A stretch of DNA of 64,000 bases from Eledone cirrhosa (lineage: Eukaryota). The stretch is taken from contig OZ024744.1 in assembly GCA_964016885.1 (NCBI GenBank), positions 57,102,001 to 57,166,000 on the forward strand, read 5' to 3'. Each line of letters starts with the position of its first letter. Positions within the stretch are counted from its first letter, which is position 1. Below, piece by piece: positions 25,660 through 37,852 of this stretch. The translations under genes were made by a program, and so were the position numbers. The notes beneath the pieces are model-generated. The model saw nothing but the letters and a program-made list of their open reading frames with translations, was not told where the DNA came from and searched no databases.

Positions 25660-27230
25660 AGGATGCATAAGAAAATCTCAGGGTACCAAAGATCACCTGG
25701 TGATCGATAAGACAGTTTTGTGGAATTGTAAAAAAACATCATACCAACATGTCTATGGCCTGGATTGACTTTAAGAAGACATATGATATGGTGCCTCATT
25801 CTTGGATTGTTGAATGCCTGCAGATGTTTGGTATTGCTGATAACATCACAAATTTTCTTCTGAATAATATGCTGGAGTGGAAGACTAAGTTGTACTCAAG
25901 CAATTTATTCCTTGGAGAAGTAGAAATTAAAAAGGATGTCTTCCAAGGTGACTCATTTTCATTATTACTATTTATCACTCATTTTCACCATTACTATACC
26001 TATAACACAGACATATAGGGAAATTAAAATGGGTTAATAATGTGCAAAAAAAGAATCATTCATAAACCATCTTCTGTTTATGGATGACATGAAAGTATTT
26101 GGGAAAACTGAAACCAGATAGATTCTTTGGTTAAAATAGTCCAGATATGTAGCAGTGACATCTAAATGCTCTATGCTCAATATGAAAACAGGAGAAAAAA
26201 AACCACCTGTAGTGGATTAAGGCTGTCCTTGAGAGAAACTATAGGAGAACTGAAAGATAGTGCTTACAAGTATTTGGGGATTTTAGAACTGGATGACATT
26301 TTACATGCAGAAATTAAAGAAAAGGTTTGAGAAACACAAGGGAGAAATTAGGAATAAGAGAGATCAGATGTTATTTACTCGAGAGAAGACTACATTGGTA
26401 TGGTCACGTGATGCGCATGAAAGACGACAGCTGTATAAAAAAGTGCAGGGCGATAAAAATAGACGGTAGCCACAGAGTAGGCAGACCCAGAAAAACCTGG
26501 GACGACTTGATAAATTCCGACCTCACACACTTACACCTCTCCAAGACAATGACACTGGACCGAGATCTTTGGCGGTACTCAGTAATAGAGAAGACCCGCC
26601 TTACCTAAGTACAAAGCGAAACCTACAGTCAGTAGGCACCTCTTAACAAAAATACACCCCCGTCCCACCACCCCACCCCATCCACACTACCCCTTCCAAT
26701 GTAAAGTTATGTTGGTACCACAACATCCAGTCCTAAACAAATGAGGCCGTGTAGGTGTCACGACAAAAAAACACAGTCCACGCTGTAATGTGGCCGTGTA
26801 GGTAACACGGTAAAAACCTCCCAGTTCCACACTGTAAATGTGGTTGGTGTTAGGAAGGGCATCCAGCCGTAGAAAACCCACCAGACAGTCCTATACGAGC
26901 AAGACAACCAATCTTGCCTCAAGGGGGAAAATTCCCGTCCAAACCCATGCTAGCGTGGAAGATGGACGTTAAACGATGATGATGATGATTTAAAAAGAGA
27001 AACAAGGATTTTACAATCCAACCTAATTGCGATAAATCTAGTCACTGCAGGATGGGAAAGCAATGATATTCTGGGATTATGATTTTTAGACTGATAGAGT
27101 AATTGAGCATCGCCGACCAGATATTGTCGTATTGAACAAGGACAAATACTGTCACATCATAGATGTAGCTATACCAAATGGCATGAATATTGTGAGTAAA
27201 GAGGTTGAAAAAAATCACCAAGTACTCCAG
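25660..27230 (+). mobile_element. R4-like LINE RT/REL remnant interrupted by an RTE insertion
   Basis: MAWIDFKKTYDMVPHSWI, FQGDS, HLLFMDDMK, YKYLG; after the insertion ILW...HRRPDIVV...IIDVAIP. Confidence 0.8.
26325..26990 (+). mobile_element. 5'-truncated RTE LINE with 3' UTR
   Basis: ERRLHWYGHVMRM...GRPRKTW; (GAT)n tail; close to 35.2-35.9 kb copy. Confidence 0.9.
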
Positions 27231-27374
27231 ATATATAATTCTACTTTTGGCACAAGGCCAGCAATTACCCAGTGCATTACTGGTACTTTATTTTATTGAC
27301 CCCGTAAGGATGAAAGGCAAAGTTAACATCGGCGGGATTTGAACTCAGAATGGCAAGGGCCGTACAATATAATA

Positions 27375-27797
27375 TCTATATATCTAAAACAGAGAATAAA
27401 TTATAAACAAACGTATTTATTTCACGAGGTTCGATAAGGATAAATATATATTAAATATGTAAGAACCCTAGAGCAAATCCCGAGCAACCCAGGCCATTCT
27501 GCTAGTATATATATCTAAAACAGAGAATGTATGTTTGTCTGTCTCCCTAAAACTCGAGAACCACCCAACCGATTGTTTTCAAACTTTACACATGTGTAAT
27601 ACTTATGGTCATGTGTGTGTTTTGAGCAAAAAATATTTCACATTTTCAATGCCCTAGGGACCGCATTAGTCGATTTAGCAATCTCTCTCTATAATTCTTA
27701 GTCTTTAATTTTAGATAGATACATAGATATAACGTTGCGCCCTTATAATATCTGTCTGTATGTCTGGCTGTCTGCATTACGACATTATGACGCTATA

Positions 27798-27862
<65 letters not shown>

Positions 27863-28509
27863 TGTAACGTTTTTTGAAATATTTACTTCTGCGTTCACAG
27901 ATTGATGTTTTTAGTTTCAGAACCTCCCGTTAAGGATGAAAGCAGCGATTCTTTGCTTAAATTTTAATCTGTTATTTTAATATATATATATATAATTATA
28001 TATTCGTGTACAGATATTTTTGCATACACAATAACAAAATATAAACAAAAGTATTTATTTCGCGATAAAGTATTGATTTTCTTCGAACAGAAAAAACCCC
28101 TGGTAATCTCAGACGAATTTTTTTTATAAGCACAAAATATAGACACCATCGCGAGGCCGAGGTATTCCATACTTCTCTATACTATTTCAGAAAGGAGGGA
28201 TAAACATGCCAATCTATGTTTAGAATCCCGAGCAACGCCGGGCTATTCTGCTAGTCTATATATCTAAAACAGAGAATGTCTATATATCTAAAACTCGAGA
28301 ACCACCCAACAGATTTTTTTCAAACTTTACACATGTAATACTTATGGTCGTGTGAGTGTTTTGAGCAAAACATATTTCACATTTTCAATGCTCTAAGGAC
28401 AGCATTAGATAGCTATAACGTCGCGCTCTTATAATATATGTCTGTATGTATGGCTGTCTGCATCACGACATTATGACACTATCTGTGTGTGTGTATATAT
28501 GTATATATA

Positions 28510-28545
<36 letters not shown>

Positions 28546-28600
28546 GTGTGTAACGTTTTTCGAAATATTTACTTCTACAATTTTCGAAATATTTACTTTC
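27375..28600 (+). mobile_element. head-to-tail non-autonomous Helitrons (27375-27505, 27506-28254, 28255-truncated)
   Basis: 5' TCTATATATCTAAAACAGAGAAT; 3' hairpin CCCGAGCAACGCCGGG followed by CTAG; exact CTAG|TC junction at 28254/28255; first copy follows an A. Confidence 0.8.
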
Positions 28601-29043
28601 TATTTTTGGCCCAAGGCCAGCAATTACCCAGTGGTACTTTATTTTTAGAAAGGCAAAGTTAAACTCGGCGAGATTTGAACTCAGAATGGCAAGGGCTGTA
28701 ACTCTATACGTCAAAGCATGGTGTCCGACGGCCCGATCCTCTACCAATGCTGCCAAAATACAATATAATTGTTTCTACTTTTTGACACAAGGCCAGCAAT
28801 TACTCAGTATATTACTGGTATTTTATTTTATCGACCCCGTAAGGATGAAAGGCAAAGTTAACCTCGACAGGATTTGAAAATACAATATAATACACTACAA
28901 TACAATATAATATGATATAACATAACATAATATAATATAATATAATATAGTATAATATAACATAATATAATTGTTTCTACTTTTGGCACAAGGCCAGCAA
29001 TTATCAGTGCATTACCCTCTACCGATACTGCCAATCCACCGCC

Positions 29044-29960
29044 CTAATGTAATGTAATGTAATGTAATGTAATGTAATGTAATGTAATATAATACAATAT
29101 AATATAGTATAATATAGTATATAATAATATAATATAATATAATATAATATAATATAATATAATATAATACAATACAATACAATACAATACAATACAATAC
29201 AATACAATACAATACAATACAATACAATACAATACAATACAATATAATATAATATAATATAATATAATATAATACAATACAATACAATACAATACAATAC
29301 AATACAATACAATACAATACAATACAATACAATACAATACAATATAATACAATATAATACAATACAATATAATATAATATAATATAATATAATATAATAT
29401 AATATAATTGTTTCTACTTTTGGCACAAGGCCATCAATTACCCAGTGCATTACTGGTACTTTATTTTATCGACCCCGTAGGATGAAAGGCAAAGTTAACC
29501 TCGGTGGGATTTGAACTCAGACCGCAAAGGGACGTAACTATGCTGGAAAGCATGGCGTCCGACCCTCTACCGATACTGCCAAAATATAATATAATATAAT
29601 ATAATATAATATAATATAATACAATACAATACAATACAATACAATACAATACAATACAATACAATACAATACAATACAATACAATACAATACAATACAAT
29701 ACAATACAATACAATACAATACAATACAATACAATACAATACAATACAATACAATACAATACAATACAATACAATACAATACAATACAATACAATACAAT
29801 ACAATACAATACAATACAATACAATACAATACAATACAATACAATACAATACAATACAATATAATATAATATAATATAATATAATATAATATAATATAAT
29901 ATAATATAATATAATATAATATAATATAACATAACATAACATAACATAACATAATATAAT
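29044..29960. repeat. (AATGT)n/(AATAT)n/(AATAC)n/(AACAT)n arrays
   Basis: direct inspection; source of the IVLYC repeat ORFs. Confidence 0.95.
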
Positions 29961-30950
29961 TTACTATATAAATTGGAAGTGGTCGGACGTTGTATATTTA
30001 AGTAAGTAGGTGTAGTCGGATAAACGTCGAAATGGCTTGGTGGAATGCAGCGAAAATTTACACAGTTATGCAGAATGACCCGAAGAGGCGTTGGGTCAAC
30101 TTTTAGGGTACAAGCTTCCATGGCTACGGAGAAAATCGATGAAACAGGAATTTCCCATTCAAATTGAACTGAGAGTAATCTTTGAACGCAGAAGTAAATA
30201 TTTCGAGAAACGTTCCAACAGAACTAAAATAGGAAGACGATATTTTGGTTCGTGAAGACGTTCCCTGGCAATGAACGGAAAAAAAGCGAGAATAATACGT
30301 CGTTATGTGGAGCGAGAAGAACAATTTCATGCAAAGACGAGACCAAGTTTATGGTATAAATGGAGTCGTTAGACTAATATTCTATTTAAAATAACAGAAT
30401 GATTTCCAGCCCCGGAGTTTAAGAATGATGTAAATAAAATTGAAAACGAAAATGACAGAGGTTATTAAAATAGTAAAAGTAAATAGTGAAAATTTAGGCC
30501 AGTACATACGTATGCCCCGACGGACATACACATACATACGCACACACAAATACATACCCACCCCACACGCAAGCGCACTCACACACACAAACAAACACAC
30601 ACACACGAGCGCACGCGTGTATAAACCTTATGCATTTTTACAGACATTGATTATAGGGCCTCTCCTTGGAGTCGACTGAAGAACTGCAGTGCAACAAAAC
30701 GTCATAACTTCTGGAGTTCGCAACCGATTTTCATAAAACTTGACACATGGGCTACGTTTGTCCTACAGATGAATGTGAACTTTCAGAATTGGCACATATT
30801 GAGTAGGGGACCCCTGGGGGCAGGAACCCTCTTTTGGAAAAAGCCGATGATTTTGTAAAGTATAGTTTTCGAAGTAGCACTGAAGTATTGACATAAATGG
30901 TATACACAACTGCTATTTAATACCCGAGCAACGCCGGGTACCTCTGCTAG
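29960..30950 (+). mobile_element. non-autonomous Helitron, second family
   Basis: 5' TTTACTATATAAA (Helitron-like); 3' CCCGAGCAACGCCGGG hairpin then CTAG|T; inserted in (AATAT)n without TSD. Confidence 0.65.
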
Positions 30951-31351
30951 TATAATATAATATAATTGTTTCTACTTTTGGCACACGGCCAGCAATTACT
31001 CAGTACATTACTGGTACTTTATTTTATCGACCCCATAAGGATGAAAGGCAAAGTTAACCTCGGCGGGATTTGAACTCAGACCGTAAAGGGACGTAACTAT
31101 ACTAGAAAGCATGGCGTCCAACCCACTACCGATACTTTAATACAATACAATATAATATAATATAATTATTTCTACTTTTGGCACAAGGCCTGCAATTATC
31201 GCAGTGTATTACTAGTACCTTATTTTATCGGCCCCGTAAGGAAGAAAGGCAAGTTAACCTTAGCGGGATTTGAACTCAGACCATAAAAGGCCCTAACTCT
31301 TTGCTGCAAAGCATAGCGTCCGACCCTCTACCAATACTGCCAATCCAATCC

Positions 31352-31607
31352 AATATAATATAATATAATATAATATCACATCACATCACATCACATCACA
31401 TCACATCACATCACATCACATCACATCACATCACATCACATCTCATCACACCACATCAAATCACATCACATCACATCACATCACATCACATCACATCACA
31501 TCACATCCCATCACACCACATCAAATCACATCACATCACATCACATCACATCACATCACATCACATCATTAATATAATATAATATAATATAATATAATAT
31601 AATATAA
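31352..31607. repeat. (AATAT)n-(CACAT)n-(AATAT)n microsatellite
   Basis: direct inspection. Confidence 0.95.
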
Positions 31608-32276
31608 AGGCGGTGGATTGGCAGTATTGGTAGAGGGTCGGACGCCATGCTTTCCAGCATAGTTACGTCCCTTTACGATCTGAGTTCAAATCCCGTCGAG
31701 GTTGACTTTGCCTTTCATCCTTACGGGGTCGATAAAATAAAGTACCAGTAATGAACTGGGTTATTGCTGGCCTTGTGCCTAAAGTAGAAACAAATATAAT
31801 ATAATATAATATAATATAACTAACTCATGATTATATGCAGTCTAATGACAAAAAAGAGTAAAAGTGAACCTCAGTTCAGATAGGTATCTGGTTCTAGATC
31901 ATATAGGAGAGTTACTTTCACTCAACTAGTATCCTTTCCGGGAGATAATTTGCCTGACACACACTTTAAAAAATTGAGGTTAGATCTAATTCAATATTAT
32001 TTTTTGAGTGGACTAGCACCCCATCCCCATACATAAGTGTTCTGGGTATTTTTATATTGCGATAGTGATATCGATTTAGATTAACTGGTGGCTCTAAAAT
32101 ATCATTAAACAATTTTTTTTAATTTATTCATAAAATTTCTAAGTGCTATTTTGTACACTGTAAATATACTGATACACACACACACACACACACACACACG
32201 TACACACAGACACATATATATATATGTGTGTGTGTGTGTATATCTACATCTATATATCGATATATATGTATATTTT

Positions 32277-32327
<51 letters not shown>

Positions 32328-32402
32328 ATATATATATAAAAATGTGTTTGCGTATATATATATCTATATATCTATATCTATATATATATCTATACATATC
32401 TA

Positions 32403-32432
<30 letters not shown>

Positions 32433-32435
<3 letters not shown>

Positions 32436-32595
32436 CCCTCTATTGGGGAAAATCGACTAACTTTTAAATTCCATCTGTGATAACATTTTACACGTTTTTA
32501 TTGTATGTAAACTTCCCCCTTTGTATTTGTCCCCTTCTTTTGTGCCCCTGTGGCTAATAAAGAAATATATCTATCTATCTATCTATCTATCTATA
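32433..32595 (+). mobile_element. Tx1-like subfamily A 3' UTR fragment in a (TATC)n tract
   Basis: identical by eye to 51251-51390; (TATC)n on both sides. Confidence 0.9.
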
Positions 32596-34310
32596 GAAAC
32601 ACGAAGGCTTCGTGGTCAGAAGTAAATCACGTTCTCTAGGAAACGAGGAAGCAAAAGCTGTTAGCTGGGCCCGAGTGGCAGAGGCTAAAATGGCAACAAG
32701 TCCACGATTCGGTCTTTGAAAGACCAAGACGGACGCGTGCTACTTGACTCCAAACAAATGTGCATGGCCTTTCAGCGGTACTTTGTGCAACTGTTGGAGC
32801 AGAGCAGTGCGCCGAACGAAGCAATGAACTTCGGTTCATTCCTCGACGGCCTGCCGCGTCTCTTGAGCATGGACGCCGAGTTCTGCGAAAGACTGATCAC
32901 AGCCACTGAGATACGGTATGCTCTTGGCCACTGCGGGAAACGCAAATCAGTCTAGATGGTCTACCCTATGAGTTTTACATAGGCATGCCGGACTTGTTCT
33001 CTGGCATCCTCAAAGCCATCTACTGCAACTGGCAGCAGAACGGGAGAATTCCCAGTTCTGCAGACAGGAGTGTAATAACGCTGATCAGGAAAGACGAGAA
33101 CAAGGGGGACGAACTAAGCAACTTTAGGCCCATAACTCTGCTCAACACGTACTGACTCTAGAGCCACTACTGTGGAAGTTGGAGCTTCTGCAGGACATCC
33201 CGTTGGAACCGGCACTGCGGAAAGCGGCGTCGGTTTATCCCGACGACGTGACAGTAATGGTGTCGGAAACCTTGGAAATCTGGGCAATCGGCAACTTACT
33301 GCAGGAATACGAAAGCCTCACAGGAGCAAAACTGAACCCGGACAAGTCTGTCGGTTTGCAACTCAGAACGTGGAGAAGCAAACCAATGCCGCCCGACAGC
33401 GTCGTCGGACTCTGGACGGAAGGACCGGTGAAATTGCTCGGGGTCTGGTTCGGTCCGGACCTCGAGGTCAAGGCCAAGGTATTTGCGCTCACCCAAAAGT
33501 GGGCAGAGTGGAAACTATTCTTGAAAGGTCGAACGGAGGTAGCGAACGCTTCATAGCGTCCGTCATCTACTACTGCTTGACCGTCGTGCCTTGTCCCCGT
33601 GAACACTTCACCAATATGGAACGTATGCTCATCCAGTTCCTTTGGAAGAAGCAGGCTCTACTGGTGAGGAGATCTGTCTGCTGTCAGCACCCTTCCAACG
33701 GAGGGCTGGGAATGCCATGGCTGATGATGCGCAAACATGTGCTGAGGCTACGGCATCTCCAGGTATTCCTCACTGACCAACCGGTGTGGGCACCGTTTGT
33801 GAGACGGGCCTTACCGCAACTTGTCTCACTGATGGAGCTGCAGTCCTAGGTTAAGCGCAGACCGAAGAATGGAGGACGAGATTGTGAGGACTGAGGGCAG
33901 ATACCTTTCTCTCCGGACAACAACTCATTCCCTTCTTTAGGTACCACTTTAGAAGGAGAATCAGAGTGGAGAGAGAGGCACTGCACCCCAGTAAATTTAC
34001 TGAAAGGTGGGTGAATGTAGCAAAAATGGCCTGAGTGATTGGGCCTTCTCTGTTTATAAACCTGTAGGTTGAAGAAGAGATAAAAGGAAGAATAGAGCAC
34101 TTGCACAACACGCTCCTGAAGTTGAGGGTTGTTCTATCGATGGGGTATTAAACAACCCATTTGTAACGCCTACCCCCTATTGGGGATTTCGATTGTTGAA
34201 TTTGTTTGTTGAAAATATTTTTTTACACTATTGTATGTAAAATCTCTGGCATATGTCCTTGTATTGTCCCCTTTTCTTGTGCGCCCTTGTGGCAAATAAA
34301 GAAATATATC

Positions 34311-34312
<2 letters not shown>
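32596..34312 (+). mobile_element. 5'-truncated, internally deleted Tx1-like LINE (subfamily B)
   Basis: ORF2 pieces homologous to 54.2-56.8 kb (YCNWQQNGRIP, YPDDVTV, GGLGMPWL); same 3' UTR; tatatctat tail. Confidence 0.9.
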
Positions 34313-34351
<39 letters not shown>

Positions 34352-34459
34352 AATTAGTATATCTACCAACATATATATACAGATGTATACCTATGCTAGC
34401 AAATATATAGGTTTTGTCTTAGTAACTTTGTGGTTCAATGCAAGGGGATGCAGAACAAT

Positions 34460-34750
34460 TATATGAAAGATGTAAAATAAGAAAATTATAAAAATTTACT
34501 TACTTACTAAAATTTCACTCCAACTAATTAGTTTCTGAAAGGGAATAAACATGGTTTCCGATTGGAACAACATGGAGAAATATCCTTTCGTCATCAGGGA
34601 GATCAGATCTCCTTGATGACGAAAGGATATTTCTCCATGTTGTTCCAATCGGAAACCATGTTTATTCCCTTTCAGAAACTAATTAGTTGGAGTGAAATTT
34701 TAGTAAGTAAGTAAATTTTTATAATTTTCTTATTTTACGTCTTTCATATA
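34460..34750. repeat. near-perfect palindrome (145-bp arms, 1-nt spacer at 34605), solo inverted PLE-type pLTR
   Basis: two mismatches only (34471/34739 and 34597/34613). Confidence 0.95.
34518..34601 (-). ncRNA. type-I hammerhead ribozyme with long stem II
   Basis: CUCC-CUGAUGA-C GAAAGG...CCUUUC A-GAAA-CUAAUUAG-UU^GGAG; mirror copy at 34609-34692 (+) has UUGAUGA. Confidence 0.7.
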
Positions 34751-34765
34751 TATATATATATATAT

Positions 34766-34960
34766 AGTTTTAATATAGAAGAGATTCTACAGGGCTAGAA
34801 CTGTTTCATTCATTAGAAATCATCAGGAATCAGTGATTCATTTCTAATGAATGAAACAGTTCTAGTCCTGTAGAATCTCTTCTATATTAAAACTGTTATA
34901 CTCTGCTATGTATTGAGTACCTTACTTACTGTGGTTACCTCCGATTCAACCCGGAATAAC
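34766..34960. repeat. fold-back element (arms 34766-34831 and 34835-34894) with unpaired 3' extension
   Basis: reverse-complement arms around gaatc-agt-gattc; homologous to 39884-40050. Confidence 0.9.
34783..34831 (-). ncRNA. type-I hammerhead ribozyme
   Basis: GAUUC-CUGAUGA-U UUC(UAAU)GAA U-GAAA-CAG(UUCUAGCC)CUG-UA^GAAUC: stems I and III pair perfectly; cleavage triplet GUA. Confidence 0.8.
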
Positions 34961-34984
34961 GTATATATATATATAATATATATA

Positions 34985-35890
34985 TAGAGTCAGAACTGGA
35001 TGGAAAAAGTTCAGAGAGCTTATACCACTATTAGCCGCTAGAGGGTTCTCCCTAAAAATGAAAGGCAGGTTATACGATGCCTGCATACGAACAGCAATGC
35101 TGCATGGCAGTGAGACCTGGGCATTGTGTGCAGAGGATATACGCAGACTAGAGAGGAACAAAGCTTGCATGCTCCGCTGGATGTGCAATAGTAATATATG
35201 TGAACGGCAAAGCATAAACGAACTAAGGAAAAAAATTAGAAATAAGAGGGATCAGATGTTGTTTACTCGAGAGAAGGCTACGTTGGTACGGTCATGTGAT
35301 GCGCATGAAAGACGACAGCTGTATAACAAAGTGCAGGGCAATAAAGATAGACGGTAGCCACGGAGTAGGCAGACCCAGAAAAACATGGGACGAGCTGATA
35401 AATTCCGACCTCACACGCTTACACCTCTCCAAGACAATGTCACTGGACCGAGACCTTTGGCGGTACTCAGTAATAGAGAAGACCCGCCTTACCTAAATAC
35501 AAAGTAAAAACCTACTACAGTCAGTAGGCATCTCTATCAAAACACCCCCCCGTCCCACCACCTCCACCCCATCCACACCGCCCCTTTCAATGTAAAGTTA
35601 TGTTGGTCCCACAACATCCAGGCCGAAACAAATGAGATCGTGTAGGTGTCACGACAAAAAAACACACAGTCCACGCTGTAAATGTGGCCGTGTAGGCAAC
35701 ACGGTAAAAACCTCCCAGACCCACACTGTAAATGTGGTTGGTGTTAGGAAGGGCATCCAACTGTAGAAAACCTGCCAGACAGTCCTATGCGAGCAAGAAA
35801 ATCACTCTTGCCTCAAGTGGGAAAACCCCCGTCCAAACCCATGCAAGTGTGGAACACGGACACTAAACCTGATGATGATGATGATGATGA

Positions 35891-35893
<3 letters not shown>
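34985..35893 (+). mobile_element. 5'-truncated RTE LINE
   Basis: GWKKFREL, KGRLYDACIRTAMLHGSETW, GRPRKTW; 3' UTR and (GAT)n tail. Confidence 0.9.
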
Positions 35894-35931
<38 letters not shown>

Positions 35932-36587
35932 TAGATATATAAATATACATATATATAAAACCGATAACTAGGAAAACCACCACTACTACCAAACCTTTCA
36001 CCTGGTGTTGGAAGTGGTGGTGATGATTTTCATGGTAGTAGATTTGGTTGTGATGGTGTGGGTGGTTGGGGTAGTGGTGAAGGGTTTGGTAGTAGTGGTG
36101 TTTTTTGTAGTTGTGGGTTCTTTTTTAGTGGTGATGGCTTTTGTAGTGTTGGTGGAGGTGGTGGTAGTTATGGTTTTGGTAGTTGGTCATGATGGTGGTG
36201 GTGGTGATTTTGCTTAATATTTCTTGCTGGTCTGGTGACAACTCAGAGGCTCTTTCTGTCAATTTTTTCCCCAGGTCGACCCTGGTCAAAGACATTCCAG
36301 GCATGACTATCACATATTTTTTTTTCTGTTGGCATTGATGCTTTTTTTCAATCATAATCCCCATTAAACAATGTTTTTAAGACATGAGATTTAGCTGCTA
36401 CTTCTAGCAGATCAAACGACCATAAAGATACCTCTTCTGTTGTACTACCTGTTTATCACAATTACTCATAACTTGTTCTACATTGAAGGTGTTTGAGAAA
36501 TTAGGTTAGAAATGTGGTGAAGAAGAAGATGAAGTAAAAGATCATGTTTTGCTGTTACTGTTGTTATTGTTAATCATATTCTCCCCC

Positions 36588-36620
<33 letters not shown>

Positions 36621-36677
36621 AGGTTATACTGTGCTAGTTCACTATTTTCATTGTTAAGATAAGTTAAGCTTAATGCC

Positions 36678-36731
<54 letters not shown>

Positions 36732-36815
36732 AAAGTTATATTTAAATTGTTGGGTTACAACTAGTAAATATTTATAACTGATATAAAAGTACTCGACAAG
36801 TATTTGGAGTATATT

Positions 36816-37182
36816 TACAATATTAAATAAATGGAAACTATATTTATAAAACCATATTTATTTCATTATATATATTTCAGGGATATCATATTAACAATAT
36901 GCTATGCCTTCCTCAGACAAAATACAATACAAACAGTTTTATAGATAAATAGATTTGACATACCGTAACAACATCGACTTGTATTTGAAAAAGTTGAACT
37001 GCCAGTTCAACTTTTTCAAATACAAGTCGATGTTGTTATGGTATGTCAAATCTATTTATCTATAAAACTGTTTGTATTGTATTTTGTCTGAGGAAGGCAT
37101 AGCATATTGTTAATATGATATCCCTGAAATATATATAATGAAATAAATATGGTTTTATAAATATAGTTTCCATTTATTTAAT

Positions 37183-37188
<6 letters not shown>
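36816..37188. repeat. near-perfect palindrome (186-bp arms, 1-nt spacer at 37002), solo inverted PLE-type pLTR
   Basis: one mismatch seen (taccgtaac versus gttatggta); (TA)n on the right. Confidence 0.95.
37080..37145 (+). ncRNA. type-I minimal hammerhead ribozyme (mirror copy 36859-36924, minus strand)
   Basis: UAUUUUGU-CUGAGGA-AGG...CCU-GAAA-UAUAUA-UA^AUGAAAUA; stem I of 8 bp with two G.U pairs; palindromic stem/loop III. Confidence 0.7.
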
Positions 37189-37236
<48 letters not shown>

Positions 37237-37852
37237 TGTGTGTATATATGTATATATATAGTTGAACTAGGTTATAAGAAAAATATTCTCTATATCATTG
37301 GTTGCTCCCATTATGCATCTAATGAGACAAGATTTGAACATATAATCATGCAAAGCTGAACACAGAGTGCTTATACTATGTTATTCACAATGGGGGGTGT
37401 TTTTCTCTATATAGACCCGTTTTTCTTTTACACTGTTTTTCAATTTACACTGTAGTCCACCCTATAAGGTGGTTGTGTTGGTAACATGAAAAAAAAAATG
37501 CCCTGTCCACCCTGTAATATGGTCATGCTGGTGACAAAGAAAAAGCACCCAGTCTACCCTATGAGGTGGTTGTTTTGATGTCACAATAAAAAGCACTCAA
37601 TCCTCACTGTAATGTGTTTAGCATTAGGAAGGACATCCAGTTGTAGAAATTAAGCCAAAATACAGATATATATTTTGATCACCTAACCTGATTTGTTTCA
37701 TAAAGTGATAACCTGTCTAGCCCAAACAAGTGTGGAAAAATAGATGATAAATGATGATGATGATGATAATGGTGGTGATATACATTAGTTATATATATAT
37801 ATATATATATATATCAATATATTACATACAGACATGGATATATATATATTCC

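Larger units (their letters stand above)
27236..31795. mobile_element. cluster of ~8 tRNA SINE copies interleaved with pentanucleotide microsatellites
   Basis: minus copies at ~27238, 28597, 28770, 28971, 29408, 30966, 31168; full-length plus copy 31609-31793. Confidence 0.85.

Noticed and set aside
29012-30121. IVLYC-repeat ORFs, and similar YI/VC, poly-M/V/D/G ORFs at 14.6, 32.2, 45.2 and 60.7-62.7 kb
   Set aside because: Microsatellite translations with no coding evidence.
31609-31700. tRNA gene
   Set aside because: A and B boxes are present, but it is the head of a multi-copy SINE and no full cloverleaf could be drawn.
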